Shown here piece after piece: positions 8,966-15,246 of a stretch of 24,000 nucleotides of DNA. The number at the start of each line of letters is the position of its first letter. Position 1 is the stretch's first letter. The notes below the pieces were generated by a model that was given only the letters and a program-made list of their open reading frames with translations, was not told the DNA's origin and did not search any database. Source of the DNA: Candidatus Calditenuis fumarioli (GTDB taxonomy: Archaea; Thermoproteota; Nitrososphaeria_A; Caldarchaeales; Calditenuaceae); contig JANVYR010000002.1 in NCBI GenBank assembly GCA_030059665.1, positions 161,261-185,260 of the forward strand, given 5' to 3'. A program made the position numbers and the translations under genes.

Positions 8966-8973
8966 AGATATAA
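8966..8973 (-). promoter_or_regulatory. TATA-like box (minus-strand GTTATATC) for paralogue A
   Basis: 25-32 nt upstream of TTG 8941. The same motif sits at the same spacing upstream of paralogue B (13638-13645), followed in both by GAAGGnAGTGACGGnTTG. Suggests a leaderless or near-leaderless mRNA. Confidence 0.4.
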
Positions 8974-9170
8974 CTGAGTAGGTGCACCGTCGATCCTTGA
9001 TGGGCCAAAGCCCACCGCGCCCCGCACGTGAGCCGTCTCTCCCGCCGATCGGGGCATCGCAGCCCTCCGCTGTCTGCGGTGTGCAGCAAGCACCCCGTTG
9101 GGAAGGTGGACCCAGCTCGCATAGAACCGCGTGCGAACGTTCTTAACGCGGACGAAACCTCTCCGAGCCG

Positions 9171-9650
9171 ATGAGCCTGAAGCCGCTCATCAGGAAGGCG
9201 AACGAGCAGGACCTCAACGCCATCGTCAACCTCCTCGTCCGGAACAAGCGCCTGAACGAGGAGTTCGACCCGATGCTCACCGTCACCGATCAGATCGAAG
9301 AAGTAGCACGGGAGTACGTCTCCGAGGCCCTGAAGGACCGGAACTCGCTGGTACTCGTCTGCGAGGAGGGGGGGAAGGTGGTGGGCTTCCTGAAGGCCGA
9401 CGTCATCGACCGGCTCTTCTACGAGCCCCGGAAGGAGGGGGTCATCAGGGAGTTCTACCTCCTCCCCGAGTTCAGGAGGCGCGGGATCGGCAGGATCATG
9501 GTGGAGAGGGCCTACGAGGAGCTGAGGTCCATGGGAGCGGGGATCATAACCGCGGAGTTCCCATCGCAGCACAAGATAGCCGTCTCGTTCTACGAGAACC
9601 TCGGCTTCCGGCCGATCATCAGCAAGTACGCTAAGGAGGTCACCAGGTGA
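9171..9650 (+). CDS. GNAT-family N-acetyltransferase (159 aa)
   Basis: ATG start. Acetyl-CoA binding motif A is LLPEFRRRGIGRIMVERAYEEL, with a C-terminal FYENLGF. Size is typical. The antisense ORF 8949-9572 has a low-complexity P/L/E/D composition. Confidence 0.85.
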   Translation: MSLKPLIRKANEQDLNAIVNLLVRNKRLNEEFDPMLTVTDQIEEVAREYVSEALKDRNSLVLVCEEGGKVVGFLKADVIDRLFYEPRKEGVIREFYLLPEFRRRGIGRIMVERAYEELRSMGAGIITAEFPSQHKIAVSFYENLGFRPIISKYAKEVTR

Positions 9651-9659
9651 GTTCCCCTC

Positions 9660-10850
9660 TCAGGGCCTCTCGCCCAGCACCACCTCGACGTTCACGGCTT
9701 TGCCGTCCCTGATCACCGTCAGCACCACCCTGTCCCCGGGAGAGGTGTTCTCCACCAGGTAGGTCAGGAGGTCGTCCAGCGAGGAGATGCTGTGCCCATC
9801 TATCGCCACTATAACGTCACCTCCTATCAGGTATGTCTCGCCCGCAACGGTCACCCTGGTCGTCCCTCCCCTCAGGCCGGCCCTGCTGGCCGGGCTGTTG
9901 TTGGCCACCGTCTCCACCAAGAAGCCGGACTTGACCGGTATCCCGGCCCTCTCGGCCACCAGCGAGTTCAGCTCCTTCCCCGAGATCCCGATGTAGCTGT
10001 GGGAGTACCTGCCCTTCTCGATCAGCACCGGCACGACCCTTGCCACTATCGAGGAGGGTATCGCGTACCCCACGCCCGAGAAGGTGCCCGTCGTCGTCTC
10101 GATCGCCGTCGTCACCCCCACCACCTCTCCCCTGTAATTCAGCAGGGGACCGCCCGAGTTGCCCGGGTTTATCGCAGCGTCTATCTGGATCACCCACGGT
10201 ATCAGGTAGCCCCTGTTGGAGGGTAGGAGCCTGCCCTTCTGGCTGACGATCCCCACCGTCACGGAACCTTGGAGGCCGAAGGGGTTTCCGATCGCGACAA
10301 CGGGGTCGCCGATCCTGAGGGCCCTCGAGTCGCCGAGTGGGAGCGGTTTCAGCTGCAGGTCGCTCGGCGGCCTGATCCTGAGGACCGCGAGGTCCGTGTC
10401 CACGTCGTAGCCCACGAGGGTGGCCTGGAGCATCGTCCCGTCGAGGAAGCTGACGTAGATCTGATCGCCCCCGGAGACCACGTGGTAGTTGGTGACTATG
10501 TGCCCCCTGCTGTCGTACACGAACCCAGTACCGACCGCCGAAGTGATCGTCCCTATCACCCTCACCATCACCACCGAGTCCTTCGCCCGCTCGTAGATCT
10601 CGGAGACGTTCAGCGGCTCATTCAGAGGCCTCTCAACGACAGTCGTCTGCCGCGTCACCGTGACGGTGCTGACCTGCGCGAGCTGGGCCTGCGCGGATCC
10701 GAGGGCCTGAACCTGCTGGGCGACCTGCGCGATCCGCGAGTTGACCCCTTCGAGCTCCCCGCTCAGCGAGTCCAGCTCGACCACCAGAAGCCCCACGAGG
10801 AGGAGCGCCAGAACGCTGAGGACCACAGCCACCTTCCCGGCGCTGGCCAT
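9660..10850 (-). CDS. htrA: HtrA/DegP-family (S1C) serine protease with N-terminal membrane anchor and C-terminal PDZ domain (396 aa)
   Basis: Catalytic triad contexts TNYHVV (His), DTDLAVLRI (Asp) and GNSGGPLL (Ser). N-terminal hydrophobic segment VAVVLSVLALLLVGLLVV. PDZ-like SGFLVETVANNSPASRAGLRGG...GDVIVAIDGHSISSLDDL. ATG start at 10850. Confidence 0.9.
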   Translation of the reverse strand: MASAGKVAVVLSVLALLLVGLLVVELDSLSGELEGVNSRIAQVAQQVQALGSAQAQLAQVSTVTVTRQTTVVERPLNEPLNVSEIYERAKDSVVMVRVIGTITSAVGTGFVYDSRGHIVTNYHVVSGGDQIYVSFLDGTMLQATLVGYDVDTDLAVLRIRPPSDLQLKPLPLGDSRALRIGDPVVAIGNPFGLQGSVTVGIVSQKGRLLPSNRGYLIPWVIQIDAAINPGNSGGPLLNYRGEVVGVTTAIETTTGTFSGVGYAIPSSIVARVVPVLIEKGRYSHSYIGISGKELNSLVAERAGIPVKSGFLVETVANNSPASRAGLRGGTTRVTVAGETYLIGGDVIVAIDGHSISSLDDLLTYLVENTSPGDRVVLTVIRDGKAVNVEVVLGERP

Positions 10851-10907
10851 CCCGCTCCCCCACGGCCGCCGGGTCCTATTACGCGTTGTGGACGAAGCGT
10901 CCGCGCC

Positions 10908-11135
10908 TCACTCGACCGGGGCCTTCGAGAAGATCACCAGCTCGTCGTCCCTCAGCTCCACCCAGACCTCGTGCCCCAGCCCGAGGAGCGTCCTGAAGAC
11001 CCTCTCCCACGGGAACCTGACCGGGTCCTTCACCCGCACCTCGAACCCGCCCATCACGGTGGTGCACTCGCCGTACCCGTTGATCGCAGACCTGAGCTCG
11101 CCCTCGATGTCCACGCAGGCCCGCTCCGAGCCCAA
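10908..11135 (-). CDS. Hypothetical small protein (75 aa), no family recognised
   Basis: Fills the only gap in the minus-strand gene run. Balanced, non-repetitive composition (FPWERVFRTLLGLGHEVWVELRDDELVIFSK) with GC3-rich codons like its neighbours. TTG start lies about 28-38 nt downstream of an AATTTTTATGA box. No homology recognised. Confidence 0.45.
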   Translation of the reverse strand: MGSERACVDIEGELRSAINGYGECTTVMGGFEVRVKDPVRFPWERVFRTLLGLGHEVWVELRDDELVIFSKAPVE

Positions 11136-11162
11136 GGCCCCCGTCCGTCCCCGGAGGCTTGC

Positions 11163-11173
11163 TCATAAAAATT
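11163..11173 (-). promoter_or_regulatory. A/T-rich element (minus-strand AATTTTTATGA): candidate TATA box for the 75-aa ORF and/or oligo-T terminator of the aminotransferase gene
   Basis: The only A/T-rich patch between 11136 and 11213. It lies 41 nt after the upstream stop and about 30 nt before TTG 11135. Confidence 0.3.
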
Positions 11174-11213
11174 GTGACGCGGTTCCGGCCGGTGCTGTGG
11201 CCCGTCTGAACGC

Positions 11214-12545
11214 TCAGCGTCGTACCTTCGAGATCTCGGCAAGCGACTGCTCGAGCAGGTCGAGCCCGCGCTCCAAGAGCTCCCTCTCGATGGTCAGTGG
11301 AGGGTGAAGCCTGACGACGTTCCCGAAGAGGCCTCCCTTCAGCAACAGCAGGCCCCTCGACCTGGCCTCGGCGACCAGCCTGTCGGTCTCCTCCGTCGCC
11401 GGCTCCTTGCTCCTCCTGTCCCGGACGAGCTCCAGAGCGCGCATCGCACCCATCCCCCTCACGTCGCCCACGATCTCGTACCTCTCCGAGATCTCCAACA
11501 ACCTCCTCTCCATGATCCTGCCCAGCTCAACCGCCCTCTCGAGGACGCCGCCGCTCGTCATCACCTCGAGCACCTCCGAGGCCACCGCCGCGGCCACCGG
11601 GTTTCCCCCGAACGTCGTCCCGAGGCCCATCGGGTGCACCGCGTCCATCAGCTCAGCCCTCCCCACCGTCGCCGAGAGCGGCAAACCGTTGGCTATCGCC
11701 TTACCCAGCGCGAAGAGGTCGGCCGTCACGCCGAAGTTCTCCAGCGCGAAGAGCCTCCCCGTCCTGCCGAAGGCGGTCTGCACCTCGTCCGCGATCAGCA
11801 AGACGTCGTTCTCCCGGAGGAACCCCCTCAGCTCCCGCACGTAGTCCGCCGGCGGCACCACGAACCCTCCCTCGCCCTGTATCGGCTCGAAGAGGACGGC
11901 CGCGACGGAGCTCGGCGGTGCCACCGTTCTCATCACCCACCTCCTCAGGTAGTCGAGGCATGACAGCCCGCAATCCGGGTAGCTCTGTCCGAACGGGCAC
12001 CTGTAGCAGTACGGGTAGGGCGCGTGGTGGACCCCCGGTGCGAACGGTTCGAGGCCCGCCTTGTACGGGTGGTACTTCCCGGTGGCGGTTAGGGCGAGGT
12101 ATGTCCTGCCGTGGAAGGAGTTCTCGAAGGCGATCACGCCCTGTCTCCTCGTCGCCAGCCTCGCTACCTTCACCGCGTTCTCCACCGCCTCGGCTCCGCT
12201 GTTGAAGAGCGCCGCCTTGTTCTCCGACCCGGTCGGGGCCAGCTCCGAGAGTTTCCTCGCCACCACGAGGTAGGGCTCGTACGCAGCCACCGCGAAGCAG
12301 ATGTGCCAGAGCCTCCTCAGCTGCCGCTCCGCCGCCGCGATCAGCCGCTCGTTGCAGTGGCCTAGGTTGGCCACCCCTATCCCGCTGGTGAAGTCGATCA
12401 GCTCCCTGCCGTCGACCGTCCTGAGGAGCGCGTTCCTCCCCTCGGAGATCACTATTGGATGGAGCGTCGAGATGCCCCTCCCCACGAAGCGCTGCCTCAA
12501 CTCCAGAAGGGAAGTCTCGTCCAAGCCGTGTCCCCCAAGCACCAA
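11214..12545 (-). CDS. Class-III PLP-dependent aminotransferase (4-aminobutyrate / acetylornithine aminotransferase family, 443 aa)
   Basis: Motifs FTSGIGVANLGH, FNSGAEAVENAVKVAR, SFHGRT, LLIADEVQTAFGRTG, the PLP-lysine context LFALGKAIANG, and TFGGNP. The start is uncertain: TTG 12545, GTG 12542 or TTG 12524. A GAATAAC TATA-like box lies only about 16 nt upstream of 12545. Confidence 0.9.
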   Translation of the reverse strand: MVLGGHGLDETSLLELRQRFVGRGISTLHPIVISEGRNALLRTVDGRELIDFTSGIGVANLGHCNERLIAAAERQLRRLWHICFAVAAYEPYLVVARKLSELAPTGSENKAALFNSGAEAVENAVKVARLATRRQGVIAFENSFHGRTYLALTATGKYHPYKAGLEPFAPGVHHAPYPYCYRCPFGQSYPDCGLSCLDYLRRWVMRTVAPPSSVAAVLFEPIQGEGGFVVPPADYVRELRGFLRENDVLLIADEVQTAFGRTGRLFALENFGVTADLFALGKAIANGLPLSATVGRAELMDAVHPMGLGTTFGGNPVAAAVASEVLEVMTSGGVLERAVELGRIMERRLLEISERYEIVGDVRGMGAMRALELVRDRRSKEPATEETDRLVAEARSRGLLLLKGGLFGNVVRLHPPLTIERELLERGLDLLEQSLAEISKVRR

Positions 12546-12613
12546 TCGCCGAGGCTGTTATTCTCTGTTGGCCGTGTCGCCGGAAAGCGGTTCGGATTGC
12601 GGTTCTGGGCATG

Positions 12614-12624
12614 AAGTTTTTTGA
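12614..12624 (+). promoter_or_regulatory. Putative TATA-like box (AAGTTTTTTGA) for the tRNA gene
   Basis: T-rich element centred about 30 nt upstream of tRNA position 1 (12650), in otherwise GC-rich sequence. Confidence 0.35.
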
Positions 12625-12689
12625 GAGGTCAGCCGAGAATACCGATCGGGCGGGGGTAGCCAAGCCAGGTCAACGGCGCCGGCCTCAAG

Positions 12690-12705
12690 ATCCGCGCGAG
12701 GCGAA
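12690..12705 (+). other. tRNA intron 1, 16 nt, at the canonical 37/38 position (boundary ambiguous by 1 nt)
   Basis: 16 nt (ATCCGCGCGAGGCGAA) separate the anticodon loop from the 3' half of a perfect 5-bp anticodon stem. I could not draw a canonical bulge-helix-bulge here: the 32-35 helix has two mismatches, so the motif may be relaxed. Confidence 0.6.
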
Positions 12706-12719
12706 AGCCGGTCCCGCAG

Positions 12720-12737
12720 GCCAGACATCGGGCGGAA
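12720..12737 (+). other. tRNA intron 2, 18 nt, non-canonical position inside the variable arm
   Basis: A clean hBHBh' motif can be drawn. The central 4-bp helix is CCGC (12714-12717) with GCGG (12732-12735). The 3-nt bulges are AGG (12718-12720) and AAG (12736-12738). Flanking helices are C12721-C12722 with G12730-G12731, and T12712-C12713 with G12739-G12740. Cutting after the second bulge nucleotide gives the variable arm TCCCGCAG/GGGTTC. Confidence 0.65.
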
Positions 12738-12949
12738 GGGTTCGTGGGTTCGAATCCCACCCCCCGCACTTAGAGAACTTCGCTATGTGTCCCATCGACG
12801 GGGTCAACGACCGCACGGAAACCTCGCAGGATAAGCCGCGCAGAGCCCGAAAGTCCCAGGATAGGGAGCGGTGATCCGAGAGAGGGAGTTGAGAGCTAAT
12901 GCGGAGTGAAGGATCCGGGTTCAGGATCGAGTGGGTTGCACAGGTGCGG

Positions 12950-13612
12950 CTACGCCCTCGTGTATATCTCGACTCCGAGCTCCATAGCGGTCTTCACGGC
13001 GTTGTCGGTAGCGAACGGCGTCACGAAGATCAGCCTGTCGGGTCTCCTCCCGGTCTTCCGCTCGTAGAGCTTCGCCTTCCTGTACAGGGTGACGACGTCT
13101 GAGGGCCTCACCTGGGACGATACCTCGATCAGCAGCGTCTTCCCGTCCTTCACCGCGACGTCGACCTCCACTGGGCTCGGGAACCCGAAGACCTCTCCTC
13201 CCTCATCGAACGCCGTCCACCTCTCGACCTTCAGGCCCAGCTCCTTCTCGAGGATTCCCTTCAGTCCCTCCCTGAAGGCTTCCTCGGACATGAGGCCCCA
13301 CCTGGCTCCCAAAGCCGAGATCTGCCTGTTGACCGCTTCGAACCCCTTCATCATGTCCTCCCTGAGCCTGTTCATGTCCTCCCGTAGCTTCTCTATTTCC
13401 TGCCATATCCTCCCGATCTCCTGCTCTATCCTCAGGAACCTCTCCTCGTGTCTGTCCAGCCTCTTCAGGATCTCGATTATGTGGGATTCGTGCCTGTCGA
13501 GTCTCTTCAGGATCTCGTCGAGTCCTATCAGTCCTGCAACAGCATATCTGAACTCCTCATCCTCCCTGAGCAGCTTCAGGATCCTCGACTTCAGCCTCTC
13601 CCTCGCGGCCAA
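12950..13612 (-). CDS. Paralogue B (220 aa): same family as paralogue A, with a different central coiled-coil cassette
   Basis: Protein matches paralogue A except for the central segment, K->R, N->M and the last residue. I place the start at TTG 13610-13612. This is the position homologous to the paralogue A start and has the same upstream GTTATATC box. The 308-aa form in the ORF track (to 13876) adds an unconserved, non-protein-like extension that overlaps the glyA start. Confidence 0.8.
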   Translation of the reverse strand: MAARERLKSRILKLLREDEEFRYAVAGLIGLDEILKRLDRHESHIIEILKRLDRHEERFLRIEQEIGRIWQEIEKLREDMNRLREDMMKGFEAVNRQISALGARWGLMSEEAFREGLKGILEKELGLKVERWTAFDEGGEVFGFPSPVEVDVAVKDGKTLLIEVSSQVRPSDVVTLYRKAKLYERKTGRRPDRLIFVTPFATDNAVKTAMELGVEIYTRA

Positions 13613-13637
13613 TCCGTCACTGCCTTCGCAACTATCG

Positions 13638-13645
13638 GATATAAC
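13638..13645 (-). promoter_or_regulatory. TATA-like box (minus-strand GTTATATC) for paralogue B
   Basis: Same motif and spacing (about 26 nt to TTG 13612) as upstream of paralogue A. Confidence 0.4.
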
Positions 13646-13874
13646 CCAACCTTCCCAATCAGCCAGTAGGCGGTGAAGCTGGGCGACGAGATCACCGCTC
13701 TCAGCGAGAACGCGCGGACCAACGGCCTTTCTGCCCAAGAAGTGAGTTCCAGCAGCTGCAAAGCGCGTTCCGGGCAGTGGACCTGCGGCCTCCTGACAGC
13801 CGGAAACGAGGGTGGACGGCGATCCGGGGGCCCTCAACGATATCAGGCAGACCTTACGGAGGTTAGCTGCAGGC

Positions 13875-15212
13875 ATGGACGCGGAGCGGAGGTTCGTCAG
13901 GGCCGAGGAGGCCTTCAGGAAGGTTCTGCGATGGATGAGGGAGCACCACGAGTTCTTCGCGAGCTCTATACCGCTGATCGCGAGCGAGAACGTCCCGAGC
14001 CCTGCGGTGAGGGAGGCGCTGGCGAGCGACCTGGGAAACAGGTACGCTGAGGGCTATCCGGGGGAGAGGCTCTACGCCGGATGCAGGTGGATAGACTCTA
14101 TCGAGATGCTCGGCATCGAGCTAGCGAAGGAGGTCTTCAACGCGGAGTACGCCGACCTCAGGCCAATCTCTGGGGTTATGGCGAACCTCGCGGCGTACAC
14201 GGCCTTCGCCGAGCCGGGAGACGTGATGGTCGCTCTGGCAGTCCCCCACGGCGGCCACATCAGCCACGGCAAGCGGGAGTGGGGAGGTACCGCGGGCACG
14301 GTCAGGGGCCTGAGGGTCGAGCGGTACGAGTTCGACTACGACCGGTTCAACATCGACGTCGACGGAACGAGGCGGAGGCTCGAGCGTCTCGAGAAGGAGG
14401 AGGGGAAGAGACCGAAGGTCTTCATGCTCGGTGCCAGCGTCTTCCTCTTCCCTCATCCCGTCAGGGAGGTCTCGGACCTGGCCAAGGAGTACGGCGCGAG
14501 GGTCGTCTACGACGCGGCCCACGTCGCCGGCCTGATCGCCGGCGGCGTCTTCCAGGACCCTCTGAGGGAGGGGGCAGACGCGGTGACGATGAGCACGCAC
14601 AAGACGCTCGCGGGACCGCAGCACGGCCTGCTCCTCAGCTGGGAGAGGTACGCGGAGGACTTCAAGCGCGTCATGTTCCCCGGCCTCCACAGCAACCACC
14701 ACCTCCACGCGGTTGCAGGCGTCACGATAGCGCTGGCCGAGGCCCTCGCGTTCTACCACGAATACGCCAGGAGGATCGTCGAGAACTCGAAGGCCCTAGC
14801 TGGGTTCCTGATGGAGGAGGGGCTGGACGTCCTCTACGGGGACCTCGGCTTCACCGAGTCGCACCAGGTCCTCGTCGACGTCAGCAGGCTCATGGGAGGT
14901 AAGGAGGCGGAGTTCCTCCTGGAGCGGGCGGGCATCGTCGTGAACAGGAACCTCCTTCCGAAGGACTACCTCCTCAAGACCGACTACAGGAACCCGAGCG
15001 GGATAAGGCTGGGGACGCAGGAGGTCACGAGGCTCGGCATGGGCAAGGAGGAGATGAGGGAGATAGCGCGCTTCATCTCGAGAGTTCTGGTCAAGCGGGA
15101 GGACCCGGAGAAGGTCAGGAGGGAGGTTGCCGAGTTCAGGCGTCCCTTCCAGAAGGTGCACTACGCCTTCTCCAACGCCACCGAGGCCTACGCGTACGTC
15201 TCCATCACCTGA
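13875..15212 (+). CDS. glyA: Serine hydroxymethyltransferase
   Basis: Motifs LIASENVPSPAV, NRYAEGYPGERLYAGC and the PLP-lysine context VTMSTHKTLAGPQHG. I prefer ATG 13875, with GGAGGT at 13858-13863 (11 nt upstream), over the GTG at 13812 in the ORF track. Confidence 0.9.
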   Translation: MDAERRFVRAEEAFRKVLRWMREHHEFFASSIPLIASENVPSPAVREALASDLGNRYAEGYPGERLYAGCRWIDSIEMLGIELAKEVFNAEYADLRPISGVMANLAAYTAFAEPGDVMVALAVPHGGHISHGKREWGGTAGTVRGLRVERYEFDYDRFNIDVDGTRRRLERLEKEEGKRPKVFMLGASVFLFPHPVREVSDLAKEYGARVVYDAAHVAGLIAGGVFQDPLREGADAVTMSTHKTLAGPQHGLLLSWERYAEDFKRVMFPGLHSNHHLHAVAGVTIALAEALAFYHEYARRIVENSKALAGFLMEEGLDVLYGDLGFTESHQVLVDVSRLMGGKEAEFLLERAGIVVNRNLLPKDYLLKTDYRNPSGIRLGTQEVTRLGMGKEEMREIARFISRVLVKREDPEKVRREVAEFRRPFQKVHYAFSNATEAYAYVSIT

Positions 15213-15246
15213 CCTCGCCCGCGCCTGGGCCCATCGGGTGCTCGGG

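Larger units (their letters stand above)
8246..8973. repeat. Dispersed direct repeat, copy 1 (gene plus core promoter), partner at 12950-13645
   Basis: Hand alignment: 8344-8572 is identical to 13048-13276 (229 bp, offset 4704). About a dozen substitutions lie in the ~440 bp 3' block. The 5' block (about 8784-8941 vs 13453-13612) is also near-identical. Similarity decays just beyond GATATAAC. Confidence 0.85.
12650..12768 (+). tRNA. tRNA-Leu (anticodon CAA) carrying two introns; 119 nt gene, about 85 nt mature without CCA
   Basis: Acceptor GCGGGGG/CCCCCGC with discriminator A. D arm GCC-AAGCCAGGTCAAC-GGC. Anticodon stem CCGGC (12679-12683) pairs with GCCGG (12707-12711), loop CTCAAGA, anticodon at 12686-12688. 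T arm GTGGG-TTCGAAT-CCCAC. After removal of both inserts the variable arm is TCCCGCAGGGGTTC, typical of a type II Leu tRNA. No CCA is encoded. Confidence 0.85.
12950..13645. repeat. Dispersed direct repeat, copy 2 (partner 8246-8973)
   Basis: See copy 1. Offset is 4704 bp in the 3' block and 4671 bp in the 5' block, because copy 1 has 33 extra bp in the coiled-coil region. Confidence 0.85.

Noticed and set aside
8385-8981. Ser/Leu-rich plus-strand ORFs (also 13089-13676 and 20245-20661) that are conserved between loci
   Set aside because: They are conserved only because they mirror the three paralogous minus-strand genes. The S/L/F-rich sequence is the antisense translation of E/K/R/L heptads.
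10269-11168. 299-aa plus-strand ORF antisense to htrA and the small ORF
   Set aside because: R/P/H/D-rich shadow ORF that spans two minus-strand genes and their spacer.
11701-12663. 320-aa minus-strand ORF in an alternative frame of the aminotransferase gene, running into the tRNA
   Set aside because: R/G/A-rich shadow frame. It overlaps a gene with unmistakable class-III aminotransferase motifs and overlaps the tRNA.
12650-13645. A tRNA-adjacent integrated mobile element, with paralogue B as cargo next to tRNA-Leu
   Set aside because: I found no integrase or transposase and no duplicated copy of the tRNA 3' end (att) anywhere in the window. The flanking genes are housekeeping. The repeat partner (copy A) is not next to a tRNA.
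13812-13874. GTG 13812 as the glyA start
   Set aside because: The added 21 residues are not SHMT-like. ATG 13875 has a GGAGGT SD at proper spacing. This is not fully excluded.
12950-13876. 308-aa long form of paralogue B given by the ORF track
   Set aside because: The extra 88 N-terminal residues have no counterpart in paralogues A or C, look non-protein-like, and overlap the glyA start. The TTG at 13612 and its upstream TATA-like box are conserved with paralogue A.
14081-14902. 273-aa plus-strand alternative-frame ORF inside glyA, with antisense ORFs at 14121-14759 and 14796-15290
   Set aside because: Extreme R/G/P content. glyA motifs occupy the real frame.
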